Shown: positions 29,810 to 39,739, counted from the stretch's first letter. The stretch: DNA of 64,000 nt from an uncultured Chloroflexia bacterium (GCA_963843925.1 CAWJML010000004.1:289123-353122); one strand, 5' to 3'. Numbers and translations are program-made. Notes: generated by a model from the letters alone, not told the origin.

Positions 29810-29935
29810 TGCGATTCTCCTTTATTGTACCGAAAAGGATTGACACTTCATTGTACCGTTGCGGTTCGGGGCTGTCAACGAAAGCACCGCGCTGTTGTAT
29901 AATCCTTGCATATATTCATGGTTTGGAGGGTCGTG

Positions 29936-31864
29936 ATGTCATTTTATCGGTCAGTTCTCCCCCGGTTTGGTATCCTTATCATGCTGTCAATGGTGGTCGC
30001 CTGTGGACAGGGTACTTTTGTGCCAACCCCCTCTACCCAGGAACCAATCCCAACTGCGACCCCGATACCGCCGCGCCAGTTGACCGTATGTCTCGGGCAG
30101 GAACCTTCCACTTTATACCCGGTAAATAATCCATCCTCGGTTGCCAAAAGCGTATTAGCCGCCGTCTATGACGGTCCTTTTGATACCAATTCCTACAATT
30201 ATCAGCCCGTTATACTGGAACGATTGCCCAGTATTGGGAATGGTGATGCACAACTCTTTTCGAAACAGGTTGCCGTAGGCGATGAGGTAGTGGATAGCAG
30301 TGGTGCGCCCGTGACATTGGTTGCAGGAACCATGGTTCGACCGTCTGGTTGCCAGAGTGACACTTGCGCAGTCAAGTATGACGGGAACACCTCGCTCCAG
30401 ATGGATCAGATGCAAGTGACTTTTCGAATGCTCCCCGATCTCACCTGGTCGGATGGTGAACCCCTCACTGCTGATGATTCAGTTTACGCGTACCAGGTTG
30501 ATAAAGATCCTGCAACCGTTGGCTCGAAATATGTTCTTGACCGCACGCAGTCTTATGAAGCCACAGATACTCTATCCGTTCAATGGTGGGGTAAACCCGG
30601 TTTTATCGATTCGACTTATTTTATTAATTTTTGGTCGCCGCTGCCAGCCCATCTTTGGAAACAGATACCCGTCAACCAGCTTGCTGAAACCAGTGAAACT
30701 GCCCGTACTCCTGTTGGCTGGGGGGCATATTCGATCAGGGAGTGGGTTTCTGGTGACCATATCACCCTCGTGAAGAACCCATACTATTTCAGGAAGGCTG
30801 GTGGCTTACCCAAGTTCGATATCCTTACCTTCCGTTTCGTCACAGATCCTGGAAGTGCGATAAGTGACCTCTTGGCTGGTACCTGTGACATTCTCGATCC
30901 AAGCATTGCGCTGGATGGACAGGTAGATGTACTGCGTTCGATGGCGAAGCAGGATCAATTACAAGCACTATTTTCGACTGTACCAACAATGGAAGAACTT
31001 GCCCTCGGCATTCAACCTGCTGCGTACGATAATCAAAAAGTTCCAGCAGGGAGTCCTCCAGACTACTTCAGTGACCCTCGCGTCCGGCAGGCGGTGGCAA
31101 TGTGTCTTGACCGTCAGAAGGTAGTTGACTCGGTACTATCCGGTTTGACCTATGTTCCAAACAGCTACCTGCCTCAGGAACATCCGCTTTACAATCCTAA
31201 TATAACTGCCTATTCATATAATGTTGCGGCTGCCGGTCAATTGCTCGATCAGGCTGGTTGGCAGCTTGTGGGTGGTGATCCGACCTCTCCGCGCCAGTCG
31301 TTGGGATCGCAAAATATACCGGCTGGGACCCCGCTGGAAGTAACCTACGTTACCTCCAATGCCACCCAACGACAGCAAGTAAGTTCCATCCTGGCAGCCT
31401 CGCTTGCCCAATGCGGGATCAAGGTTCACATTCAGTATCTGGATTCGACGGTCCTGTATGCAGGCGGACCGCAGGGTGTTTTATTTGGTAGAAATTTCGA
31501 CCTTGCTGAATTCGCAATGGGAAGCACAGGGATAGAATCATCCTGTGGTTGGTACACCACTTCAGCCATCCCAAATAATTCCAACCACTGGGTGGGTGAG
31601 AATGTCAGTGGTTACAGCAGCCCGGCTTTTGATGCAGCCTGTCTGGCCTCCCTGCAATCCCTTCCGGATGAGCCGGCCCATACCACATCGTATGCACAGG
31701 CACAGGCTATTTTTTCCCAGGACCTGCCTGTCATACCGCTCTATTGGCGGGTCAAGTCTGCTGCCGCGTGGGTCGGAATATGTCATTTCTCGCTTGACCC
31801 GACAGCCTCCAGCAATTTGTGGAACATCGAGGCGATTGACAGTGGCTCGGACTGTCAACCGTGA
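29936..31864 (+). CDS. ABC transporter substrate-binding lipoprotein, family 5 (peptide/nickel type), canonical domain order
   Basis: Lipobox LSMVVAC. N-lobe motifs (TFRMLPDLTWSDGEPLTADD; GWGAYSIREWVSGDHITLVKNPYY) precede the C-lobe motifs (PPDYFSDPRVRQAVAMCLDR; YSYNVAAAGQLLDQAGW). RBS GGAGGG. Confidence 0.85.
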   Translation: MSFYRSVLPRFGILIMLSMVVACGQGTFVPTPSTQEPIPTATPIPPRQLTVCLGQEPSTLYPVNNPSSVAKSVLAAVYDGPFDTNSYNYQPVILERLPSIGNGDAQLFSKQVAVGDEVVDSSGAPVTLVAGTMVRPSGCQSDTCAVKYDGNTSLQMDQMQVTFRMLPDLTWSDGEPLTADDSVYAYQVDKDPATVGSKYVLDRTQSYEATDTLSVQWWGKPGFIDSTYFINFWSPLPAHLWKQIPVNQLAETSETARTPVGWGAYSIREWVSGDHITLVKNPYYFRKAGGLPKFDILTFRFVTDPGSAISDLLAGTCDILDPSIALDGQVDVLRSMAKQDQLQALFSTVPTMEELALGIQPAAYDNQKVPAGSPPDYFSDPRVRQAVAMCLDRQKVVDSVLSGLTYVPNSYLPQEHPLYNPNITAYSYNVAAAGQLLDQAGWQLVGGDPTSPRQSLGSQNIPAGTPLEVTYVTSNATQRQQVSSILAASLAQCGIKVHIQYLDSTVLYAGGPQGVLFGRNFDLAEFAMGSTGIESSCGWYTTSAIPNNSNHWVGENVSGYSSPAFDAACLASLQSLPDEPAHTTSYAQAQAIFSQDLPVIPLYWRVKSAAAWVGICHFSLDPTASSNLWNIEAIDSGSDCQP

Positions 31865-32199
31865 TATGTAGCTTGTCATTGCGTATCGGGAGCAGTAATA
31901 CTTGACGTATTGTAGTACTTGTGTTAATCTTCTCCGAACCTTCCCCCTGTTCTACCCCATTCCTGGCACTTGATATTCATAAGATATGGGATAACTGGGT
32001 TGTGTAATATGGAAGCGTTGGAAGCAAATCCTCATGCAAGACCAGCCAAACAGCAAGTGATGAATAATCTCACGCTCCGAATCTGCTGTTAATGAAATGC
32101 CTTTACAGTAAAAATCGTGTATAATTTTAGTCCATTGATCGGTAATACATTATCAGGTAGCATGTTTAAGTAATTCCAGTAGATTGAAGGATTGTCTGC

Positions 32200-33189
32200 A
32201 TGCCTGTCCCCATCCTCGAAGTAACAAATCTTGAAACCCAGTTTAAAACCCCTGAAGGAATAGTACATGCTGTAAATGGAGTCTCTTTCTCACTGGAAGA
32301 AGGTGAGACAGTAGGCCTTGTTGGCGAAAGTGGTTGCGGTAAAAGCGTGACCATGCTTTCCGTCCTGCGATTGATAGCGATGCCTCCCGGAAAGATCGTT
32401 GCCGGGCAGGCATTATTTCATGACAAAGATCTATTGCTGATGCACACGGAGGATATTCGGCATGTACGTGGTGGTCAGATCGCGATGATCTTCCAGGACC
32501 CCATGACTTCTTTAAATCCAGTTATGACAATTGGCAACCAGATGGCAGAACCTTTGATGATCCATCTGGCTTTGACCAAAAAACAGGCATTGGCTCGTTC
32601 GATCGAATTGCTTGAAATGGTTGGGATCCCAAGGGCCAAAGATCGCCTGCCGGATTACCCGCACCAATTCTCGGGTGGCATGCGCCAGCGTGTCATGATC
32701 GCCATGGCGTTATCCTGCAACCCTCAAATCTTGATTGCCGATGAACCAACCACGGCCTTGGATGTGACTATTCAAGCCCAGATCACCGAGTTGGTTAAAC
32801 GTCTGCGCGATGAACTGGGGATGGCTGTCATCTGGATTACCCATGACCTGGGTGTAATTGCCGGGCTAGCCCGCCGGGTAACCGTAATGTATGGCGGATA
32901 TATGATCGAGGAAGCTCTCGTCAAAGATATCTATGCAAATCCGCAGCATCCATATACGATCGGTCTGCTGGGCAGTTTACCCCGGTTGGATAGCCAGACC
33001 CATCAACGCTTGTTTTCGATCGAGGGTGCGCCCCCGGTATTGTTTGAGAAACCAAATTATTGTCCATTTGCCCCGCGTTGTAAGTGGGTCATGGATCATT
33101 GTTGGAAAGAGAACCCGGTCCTGCAGGAAGTTGGGAGCGACCATCGCGCAGCTTGCTGGGTTGATACTAAAACCGGGAAGGCGCGCTAA
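32200..33189 (+). CDS. ABC transporter ATP-binding protein, OppD/DppD-like (pair 1)
   Basis: Walker A GESGCGKS, signature FSGGMRQR, Walker [13 protein letters not shown] and the C-terminal oligopeptide-type extension with CPFAPRC. Confidence 0.92.
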   Translation: MPVPILEVTNLETQFKTPEGIVHAVNGVSFSLEEGETVGLVGESGCGKSVTMLSVLRLIAMPPGKIVAGQALFHDKDLLLMHTEDIRHVRGGQIAMIFQDPMTSLNPVMTIGNQMAEPLMIHLALTKKQALARSIELLEMVGIPRAKDRLPDYPHQFSGGMRQRVMIAMALSCNPQILIADEPTTALDVTIQAQITELVKRLRDELGMAVIWITHDLGVIAGLARRVTVMYGGYMIEEALVKDIYANPQHPYTIGLLGSLPRLDSQTHQRLFSIEGAPPVLFEKPNYCPFAPRCKWVMDHCWKENPVLQEVGSDHRAACWVDTKTGKAR

Positions 33190-34181
33190 TGGCTACCACC
33201 ACTCACAATGATGTCCTTTTGCATGTGGATGATCTTTTCATGCATTTTCCGATCTACCGTGGCGTGATTCGCCGGCAGGTGGGAGCAGTCCATGCGGTGG
33301 ATGGGGTTTCATTTGATATCAAGCGCGGCGAGACCCTGGGTTTGGTAGGTGAGTCCGGGTGTGGTAAATCGACCACCGGGCGGACGATCCTCCAACTCTA
33401 CAAGCCAACCTCCGGACATGTATATTACGATGGAACCGACCTGACCAAATTGAAACGCGAAGAGATGCGCTACATGCGGCGTGAAATGCAGATGATCTTT
33501 CAGGATCCATATGCAAGCTTGAATCCGCGCATGACCGTCGGAGATATCATTGCCGAACCGCTGGTTGTGCACAGTGTTGGCACCGGCAAGGAGATCCAGC
33601 AAAGCGTCGAACATCTTTTGGACGTGGTCAAGTTGAACCCGGCCTTTGCCAGCCGCTATCCACATGAATTTTCAGGCGGACAGCGCCAGCGCATTGGTGT
33701 GGCGCGCGCACTCGCCTTGCAGCCTTCCTTGATCATCTGTGATGAACCCATCTCGGCGTTGGATGTGTCAATCCAGGCGCAGGTGGTCAATCTGCTCGAG
33801 GACCTGCAAAAAGAGTTTCATTTAACCTACCTGTTCATTGCCCATGATCTGTCGATGGTGCGCCACATTAGCGACCGCGTCGCGGTAATGTATCTCGGTA
33901 TCATCGTTGAGATAGCCGACCGGGCGGATCTGTACAGTAACCCGCTCCATCCTTATACCCAGGCACTTCTATCCGCAGTGCCGATTCCTGACCCCATTGC
34001 AGATTCCAAACGCCAGCGCCGGGTACTGGAAGGTGATGTGCCTTCGCCAGTGAACCCGCCCTCCGGCTGCCGCTTCCGCACACGCTGCTGGTTGGCTGAA
34101 AAGATCTGTGAGGAACAGCGTCCTGAATTTCGGGAAATTACACGTGATCATTATGTTGCATGTCATATGGTGAAAGGATAG
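33189..34181 (+). CDS. ABC transporter ATP-binding protein, OppF/DppF-like (pair 1)
   Basis: [37 protein letters not shown] and GCRFRTRC. The TAATG start overlaps the preceding stop. Confidence 0.92.
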   Translation: MATTTHNDVLLHVDDLFMHFPIYRGVIRRQVGAVHAVDGVSFDIKRGETLGLVGESGCGKSTTGRTILQLYKPTSGHVYYDGTDLTKLKREEMRYMRREMQMIFQDPYASLNPRMTVGDIIAEPLVVHSVGTGKEIQQSVEHLLDVVKLNPAFASRYPHEFSGGQRQRIGVARALALQPSLIICDEPISALDVSIQAQVVNLLEDLQKEFHLTYLFIAHDLSMVRHISDRVAVMYLGIIVEIADRADLYSNPLHPYTQALLSAVPIPDPIADSKRQRRVLEGDVPSPVNPPSGCRFRTRCWLAEKICEEQRPEFREITRDHYVACHMVKG

Positions 34182-34277
34182 ATCTTATCTGGAAGGAGGT
34201 GGTTGCCTGAAAGAATAATGCTGTGTCGTATTTATTTTGAACCATATCCAATCTAGTCAGTTAGAGGAGAGAAGATT

Positions 34278-36305
34278 ATGCGTAAGTTAATTGTTGTTGC
34301 AAGTCTTGTGATGGTCGCAAGCATGCTACTTGCTGCTTGCGGTCCCACAGCCACCCCAGCGACCACGGTACCGCCCACCCAGGCTGGTGCCCCGGCTACT
34401 GAGGCTCCCACGGCTGAACCGACCGCAGCGCCAGTATCCAATCCCTACATTGGTTCTGGCAAAGTGGATGGCAATGGCGTTCCGCCCGAGTTCTTCAATG
34501 ATCCTCATGTCCGCAAGGGCTTCGCCTATGCCTTCGACTGGACGACCTACATTACCGACGTGTTCGCTGGTGAAGCCATCCAGCCGCTCGAGCTCGCTCT
34601 GCCCGGCATGCCTGGTTTTGATCCCGCTGCGCCGCACTACACCTATGACCTGGCAAAATCTGCCGAAGAGTTCAAGGCTTCCACCCTTACATCTGCAGAT
34701 GGCAAGTCCCTCTGGGATGTAGGTTTCCGCGTTCAAATGCTTTACAACCAGGGCAACACTTCCCGCCAGATCATCGCCGAAGTCATGGCGTCCAATTTGG
34801 CCAAGGTGAATCCCTTGTTCCAGGTCGAAGTCCTTGGTCTGCCATGGCCTGCCTACTTGGCCGCCCAGCGCGCTGGACAGATCCCGATCATGACCGCTGG
34901 TTGGTTGGAAGACATTCACGACCCGCATAACTGGTACCAGCCTTATACGCTGGGCGCCTACGGTGGACGGTCGAACCTGCCCGCCGACCTCAAGGCTCAG
35001 TTCAAGGTCATCTTGGACAAAGGCGTTGCTCTGACCGACCCGGCTGCACGCACCGAGGTCTATAAGGGCTTTAACCAACTGTACTATGACCAGGCCGTCG
35101 GTGTTCCGCTGGTGCTGGCCACCTCCCATGGTTTCGAGAATACCTGGGTCCAGGGTCGCATTTTGAACCCGATCTACCCCGGTCTCTACTTCTACCCGAT
35201 GTCCAAGGCTGCCGGTGCCAAGAATCCGACCACCTTCACCTATGCAACCATTGGTGACATGGACACTCTGGATCCGGCTCTGGCCTATGATACTGCCAGC
35301 GGTGAGACCATCCAGAATATTTACCAAACCCTGGTGTTCTACGATGGCGAAGCCACCGACAAGTTCGTTCCGATGCTTGCCGATGCGATGCCGACCATTT
35401 CCGCAGATGGTCTGACCTATACCTTCCACATCCGCGCCAATGTGAAATTCCACAATGGTGACGTTATGACTCCGTCCGATGTGGCCTATTCGTTCCAGCG
35501 CGGCCTGCTCCAGGGCGGTGGTGTTTCACCGCAATGGCTGCTCTCCGAGCCGTTCTTTGGTGTAGGCAACCAGGATGTCACAGCCCTGATCGATCCCGCC
35601 CTCGCGGACGATCAAGCCAACCTTGCCAAGGTTGATCCCGCCAAGCTGGTCGAAGTCTGCCAGAAGGTAAAGGGTATGATTGCTGCCGACGATGCCGCTG
35701 GCACCGTCACCATGACCCTTGCACAGCCTTGGGGCCCGTTCCTGGCCACCATCGCCCAGACCTGGGGCTCTGTCCTCGACCAGAAGTGGGTTGCTGCGAA
35801 TAAGGGCTGGGATGGCACCTGCGAAACCTGGCAGAACTTCTATGGAATGCAGTCTGCCGATGATCCCATCAGTGGTATCACCAATGGTACCGGCGCTTAC
35901 ATGCTGGACCACTGGACCAAGGGCACCGAGATCGTTATGACCAAGAACCCCAGTTACTGGGGAACTGCTCCTGCCCTGGATCGCGCCGTCATCCAGATCA
36001 TCCCCGAATGGGGCACCCGCTTCGCCGAACTGCAAGCTGGTGACGCTGATATCGTCGACGTACCGGTGGAGAATCGTTCCCAGGTGGACGCCATGGTAAA
36101 GGAATTCCAGGTTTACGATGCTTCAACCAATACCTATGGTCCACTCCAGCAACTCTGCTCGATCGATTCAACCCAGACAGGCCCTGCCAAGTACATCGCC
36201 TGCAAACCCGGTGAGACCGCACCCACGGGCAAGACCATGCGCTTACGCATTGGCCGCCCAGGCATCACCATGGATGTAATGCTGTTCAACTGGGCTATTC
36301 ATTAA
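34278..36305 (+). CDS. Family-5 ABC substrate-binding lipoprotein with circularly permuted lobe order (C-lobe module first, N-lobe module second)
   Basis: Lipobox LLAAC followed by a Pro/Thr/Ala linker. Then PPEFFNDPHVRKGFAYAFDW...HYTYDLAKSAEEF...TAGWLEDIHDPHNWY...LYFYPMSK (about residue 310). Then AAGAK-NPTTFTYATIGDMDTLDPALAYD...DGLTYTFHIRANVKFHNGD...GTGAYMLDHWTKGTEIVMTKNPSYWG...MLFNWAIH-stop. It is one uninterrupted frame. Confidence 0.8.
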   Translation: MRKLIVVASLVMVASMLLAACGPTATPATTVPPTQAGAPATEAPTAEPTAAPVSNPYIGSGKVDGNGVPPEFFNDPHVRKGFAYAFDWTTYITDVFAGEAIQPLELALPGMPGFDPAAPHYTYDLAKSAEEFKASTLTSADGKSLWDVGFRVQMLYNQGNTSRQIIAEVMASNLAKVNPLFQVEVLGLPWPAYLAAQRAGQIPIMTAGWLEDIHDPHNWYQPYTLGAYGGRSNLPADLKAQFKVILDKGVALTDPAARTEVYKGFNQLYYDQAVGVPLVLATSHGFENTWVQGRILNPIYPGLYFYPMSKAAGAKNPTTFTYATIGDMDTLDPALAYDTASGETIQNIYQTLVFYDGEATDKFVPMLADAMPTISADGLTYTFHIRANVKFHNGDVMTPSDVAYSFQRGLLQGGGVSPQWLLSEPFFGVGNQDVTALIDPALADDQANLAKVDPAKLVEVCQKVKGMIAADDAAGTVTMTLAQPWGPFLATIAQTWGSVLDQKWVAANKGWDGTCETWQNFYGMQSADDPISGITNGTGAYMLDHWTKGTEIVMTKNPSYWGTAPALDRAVIQIIPEWGTRFAELQAGDADIVDVPVENRSQVDAMVKEFQVYDASTNTYGPLQQLCSIDSTQTGPAKYIACKPGETAPTGKTMRLRIGRPGITMDVMLFNWAIH

Positions 36306-36328
36306 TTAGCTCGGGTCGTTGTTACGAT

Positions 36329-36359
36329 GTGCGGGGGCCTGTACACTGGGCCCCCGCAC
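36329..36359 (+). other. GC-rich 11-bp hairpin immediately after the binding-protein gene (no U-tract)
   Basis: GTGCGGGGGCC (36329-36339) pairs with GGCCCCCGCAC (36349-36359). The loop is 9 nt. Confidence 0.7.
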
Positions 36360-36369
36360 CTTCCTGGCG

Positions 36370-36425
36370 GTTTTGTCCTGCGGAGTGAAAAGAATGACAA
36401 TCCTGTTCACTCCGCACGACAAAAC
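36370..36425 (+). other. Long 20-bp inverted repeat (1 mismatch) ending 15 nt before the permease start
   Basis: GTTTTGTCCTGCGGAGTGAA (36370-36389) pairs with TTCACTCCGCACGACAAAAC (36406-36425). The loop is 16 nt. Confidence 0.7.
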
Positions 36426-36440
36426 TTAAGAGGTAATCAG

Positions 36441-37506
36441 ATGCTGACTTACATTATTCGCCGCCTATTGCTCGTCCCGCTGCTTCTCTTCGGGGTGACA
36501 GTACTGATATTTGCGATGTTGCAGTTCCTGAGCCCGGTCGAACGATCGGCGCTGTATATTCGCGACACCCCAAAGAACGATGCACAGATGAATGCGATCA
36601 TCAAGAATTATGGACTCGATAAGCCGCTCTATGTTCAATACTGGGTCTGGCTTGTCGGTCGGGTAGATCCAAATACGCACGTGAGGAAGGGCGGGATCAT
36701 CTTCGGCGATTTTGGTTACTCACGTACCGCTTCCCAACCTGTGCTCGATTTGATCAAAACTCGCTTCCCTAATACACTGGACCTGACCATTTGGGCGGTT
36801 GCCCCCGTGCTTCTGGTGGGAATTTGGCTCGGGGTCCAGGCAGCTGTCCATCAGAACGGTTTCGTGGACCAGGCCGCCAGGGTATTCAGTATCGTGGGTA
36901 CATCCTTTCCAACCTTTGTTTTCGGTTTGTTGATGTTAATGCTTTTCTATGTGTCGTTCAGGTGGTTCTTGCCTGGACGGGTCTCGGATTGGGCCAGCGC
37001 AATAGTCTTCTCCGATAGTTTTCATCACTTTACCCGCCTGCTGACATTTGATGCCCTGCTGAATGGCCGCTTCGACATCTTTTGGGATGCGATGCGCCAC
37101 ATGTTGATGCCCATCCTGACTCTCTCATATATCAGCTGGGCGACCTTCGTGCGTGTGACCCGTTCATCCATGCTCGAGACCCTGAGAATGGAATACGTGA
37201 CGACCGCCCACCGCGAAAGGTGTGCGTGAGCGTGATGTCATAAGCAAGCATGCCCAGCCAAACGCCATGATCCCGGTGGTGACCCTGGCAGGCTTCCAGG
37301 TTATCGGTCTGCTCGGAGGCGTCGTCATCACGGAAACAGTGTTCAATTATCCCGGTATCGGCCAGGCGGCAGCCGCTGCTGCACAGAACCTGGATGTGAT
37401 CACTGTCCTGGGCTTTGCACTCTTTAATGGATTGATACTGATCTGTTCCAATTTAGTTGTAGATATTTTGTATGCGGTCGTTGATCCACGCGTCCGCCTC
37501 TCGTAG
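36441..37506 (+). CDS. ABC transporter permease, OppB/DppB-like; frame broken by a net +1 nt near 37206-37212
   Basis: The start MLTYIIRRLLLVPLLLFGVTVLIF is typical. ORF 36327-37229 ends ...MEYVTTAHRERCA-stop. The next frame reads AKGVRERDVISKHAQPNAMIPVVTLAGFQ, which is the EAA-loop region, and continues to 37506. Confidence 0.88.
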
Positions 37507-37517
37507 GGAGATCTATC

Positions 37518-38558
37518 ATGACTGAAACTGTTCTTACGGGTACACCCACCCCCATCCTCGAGACCATTCCATTAAAGAAAATTGGCAGGCTCGAACGCTT
37601 CCTTGGCCCTGAAAACTACCGCATCCTTCGAGGCCTGGTTAAGACGCCAGCTTCGATTTTCGGCTTCATCATGATCGGCATTTTTATCGTAATTGCGTTG
37701 GCAGCCCCAATCATTGCGCCGCCGGCTGGACCCGACCCCTACAAGATCCCTCGCGACGGCTACAGCGCCCAACCCAAACCGATGATGTCAAAATGGTCGG
37801 AAATGAACATGCCGCCTTTGCCCTTCTGGTGGAAACCCATCATGAAGACGGACCAGTGGGTTCATATCTTGGGGACTTCCCAGGGACAATATGATATTTT
37901 CTACGGCATCATCTGGGGCACACGCACGGCCTTTCGTACCGGTTTTATTGTGGTTGTCGCCACTTTCTTGATCGGCGTCATCGTTGGATCGGTCTCTGCT
38001 TATTATGGCGGGGGGGTCGACAACGTCATCATGCGTATTGTGGATGTCTTCCTTACCTTGCCATTCATCCTGGCAGCCCTCATTATGGCAGCTGTTTTGA
38101 CACCCAAGATCGGAAAAAGTCTAATACCAGCAATCATCGCGCTTATCACCTTTGGATGGATGGGATACGCGCGCGTGATCCGCGGTGATATCCTTTCCAT
38201 AAAGGAACGGGATTACGTCATGGCTGCCCGTGTCATTGGAGCCAAGGATGGTCGTATCCTGTTCCGGCATATCTTACCGAACGCGATCTTCCCAACCATG
38301 GTTTTAGCTTCGCTTGCGATCGGTGACGTGGTTCTGAGTTTTGCAGCCCTTAGTTTTCTAGGTATCGGAACTTCCATCGGTTACGCGGACTGGGGTCAGG
38401 TGTTAAGTTTCGCCCGCAACTGGATCGGCAGCCTGAATACCTACTGGTATATTGTCGTTTGGCCCGGTCTAACCCTTGTGCTCTTTGTAATGGGTTGGAA
38501 CCTGGTGGGCGATGCCTTGCGCGATGTGCTCGATCCCCGCATGCGTGGGAAGACTTAA
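37518..38558 (+). CDS. ABC transporter permease, OppC/DppC-like
   Basis: 346 aa. HILGTSQGQYDIFYGIIWGTR plus an EAA-like ARVIGAKDGRILFRHILPN. RBS GGGAGA. Confidence 0.9.
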   Translation: MTETVLTGTPTPILETIPLKKIGRLERFLGPENYRILRGLVKTPASIFGFIMIGIFIVIALAAPIIAPPAGPDPYKIPRDGYSAQPKPMMSKWSEMNMPPLPFWWKPIMKTDQWVHILGTSQGQYDIFYGIIWGTRTAFRTGFIVVVATFLIGVIVGSVSAYYGGGVDNVIMRIVDVFLTLPFILAALIMAAVLTPKIGKSLIPAIIALITFGWMGYARVIRGDILSIKERDYVMAARVIGAKDGRILFRHILPNAIFPTMVLASLAIGDVVLSFAALSFLGIGTSIGYADWGQVLSFARNWIGSLNTYWYIVVWPGLTLVLFVMGWNLVGDALRDVLDPRMRGKT

Positions 38559-38598
38559 TTGGCGTAGAGATATATTCTGTCGGATATTGGCTCTGCAT

Positions 38599-38645
38599 AC
38601 CCGTTTTCATGACCATTTGTATTGGCGGTGAAAACGGGTATTTTG
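38599..38645 (+). terminator. Terminator-like hairpin inside the ABC locus (between the permease and the second ATPase pair)
   Basis: ACCCGTTTTCA (38599-38609) pairs with TGAAAACGGGT (38629-38639), followed by ATTTTG. A TATAAT hexamer follows at 38648-38653. Confidence 0.5.
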
Positions 38646-38721
38646 AATATAATAAAGACATGTTATTATCATGATCAGTACTCCTCATTATCAAAGCAAA
38701 CTCTATCATGGGAGAACGTAG

Positions 38722-39739
38722 GTGATAGCCAAAACTCAACCCTTGCTCGAAGTGAAAAACCTTAAAACTTACTTCTACACCGAAGATGGTGTGGTGAAGG
38801 CAGTGGATGGTGTCGATTTTGTCGTTTATCCTGGCGAAGTACTGGGCTTGGTGGGTGAGTCGGGCTGCGGGAAAAGTGTCACTTCATTATCGATCATGAG
38901 GCTTATCAGCCTGCCGGGAAAGGTTCTCGAAGGTGAAATTGTATTTGACGGGCAGAATTTGCTCAACTTGACCGAAACCGAGATGACCCACATGCGGGGC
39001 AATCGCATCTCGATGATTTTCCAGCAACCGCAATCCGCCCTCAACCCGGTTTTTAAAGTGGGTGACCAGATCGCAGAAGTACTTAATATCCACCAGGACC
39101 TTGGCAGGGAATCAGGCTTGGAAGCGCGCCATCGAGCTGCTGACCATGGTCGGAATCCCTGAACCTGAAAAACGGGCCGATGCCTTTCCGCATGAACTAT
39201 CCGGCGGCATGGCTCAACGAGTCATGATTGCCATGGCTCTGGCTTGCGTCCCGGAGTTGTTGATCGCAGATGAGCCGACTACTGCCCTGGATGTGACCAT
39301 TCAAGCTCAGATCCTTGACTTGATGCGTGACCTCCGCGCAAAAGTGGGCGCATCGGTCATCCTGATCACCCACGACCTGGGAGTGATCGCTGAAATGGCT
39401 GAGCGCGTCGCAGTCATGTACGCTGGTCGTATCGTGGAACAGGCTGATGTAAAGAACTTGTTTGCCAATCCGCGCCATCCATATACCCAGGGATTAATGG
39501 GATCCATTCCGATTCTCGGCAGGGTAAAGGATCGCCTGGAGGTGATTCCGGGCATCGTACCAAACCTGGTTGATTTACCGGCTGGCTGCCGCTTCGCCCC
39601 CCGCTGTAAAGCGCGCCTTGATTACAAATTACAGATTTGCACAGAAGTTGAACCAGATCTGATCCCGAACTCTTCCGAGCACCTGGTCCGCTGCTGGCTA
39701 TATCAGGACCGGGAAGGACATACCGCTCCACTCAAGTAA
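38722..39739 (+). CDS. ABC transporter ATP-binding protein, OppD/DppD-like (pair 2); frame broken by a net +1 nt near 39097-39101
   Basis: [11 protein letters not shown] in ORF 38722-39162. ORF 39062-39739 supplies [35 protein letters not shown] and [12 protein letters not shown]. Removing one C of GACC gives [12 protein letters not shown]. Confidence 0.88.

Noticed and set aside
29824-29858. Direct repeat ATTGTACCG (29824-29832 and 29850-29858) in the mscL/SBP1 divergent promoter region, as a regulator binding site.
   Set aside because: It is only 9 nt in two copies, with no dyad symmetry beyond GTAC. It cannot be distinguished from chance without genome-wide or comparative data.
32010-32093. 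27-codon mini-ORF (MEALEANPHARPAKQQVMNNLTLRICC) as a possible secreted or modified peptide precursor next to ABC ATPases.
   Set aside because: It has no SD and there is no adjacent modification enzyme or peptidase-domain exporter. The neighbouring ATPases are importer (Opp/Dpp) type. It is kept only as a note within the spacer finding.
34326-35453. 375-aa ORF on the minus strand inside SBP2. Similar long antisense ORFs occur at 20312-20938, 57989-58708, 56025-56624, 8118-8618, 35526-36035 and 46598-47140.
   Set aside because: All lie fully inside well-supported genes on the opposite strand. They have low-complexity, Arg/Gly/Pro-rich translations with no recognisable motif or RBS. These are typical shadow ORFs of GC-rich coding sequence.
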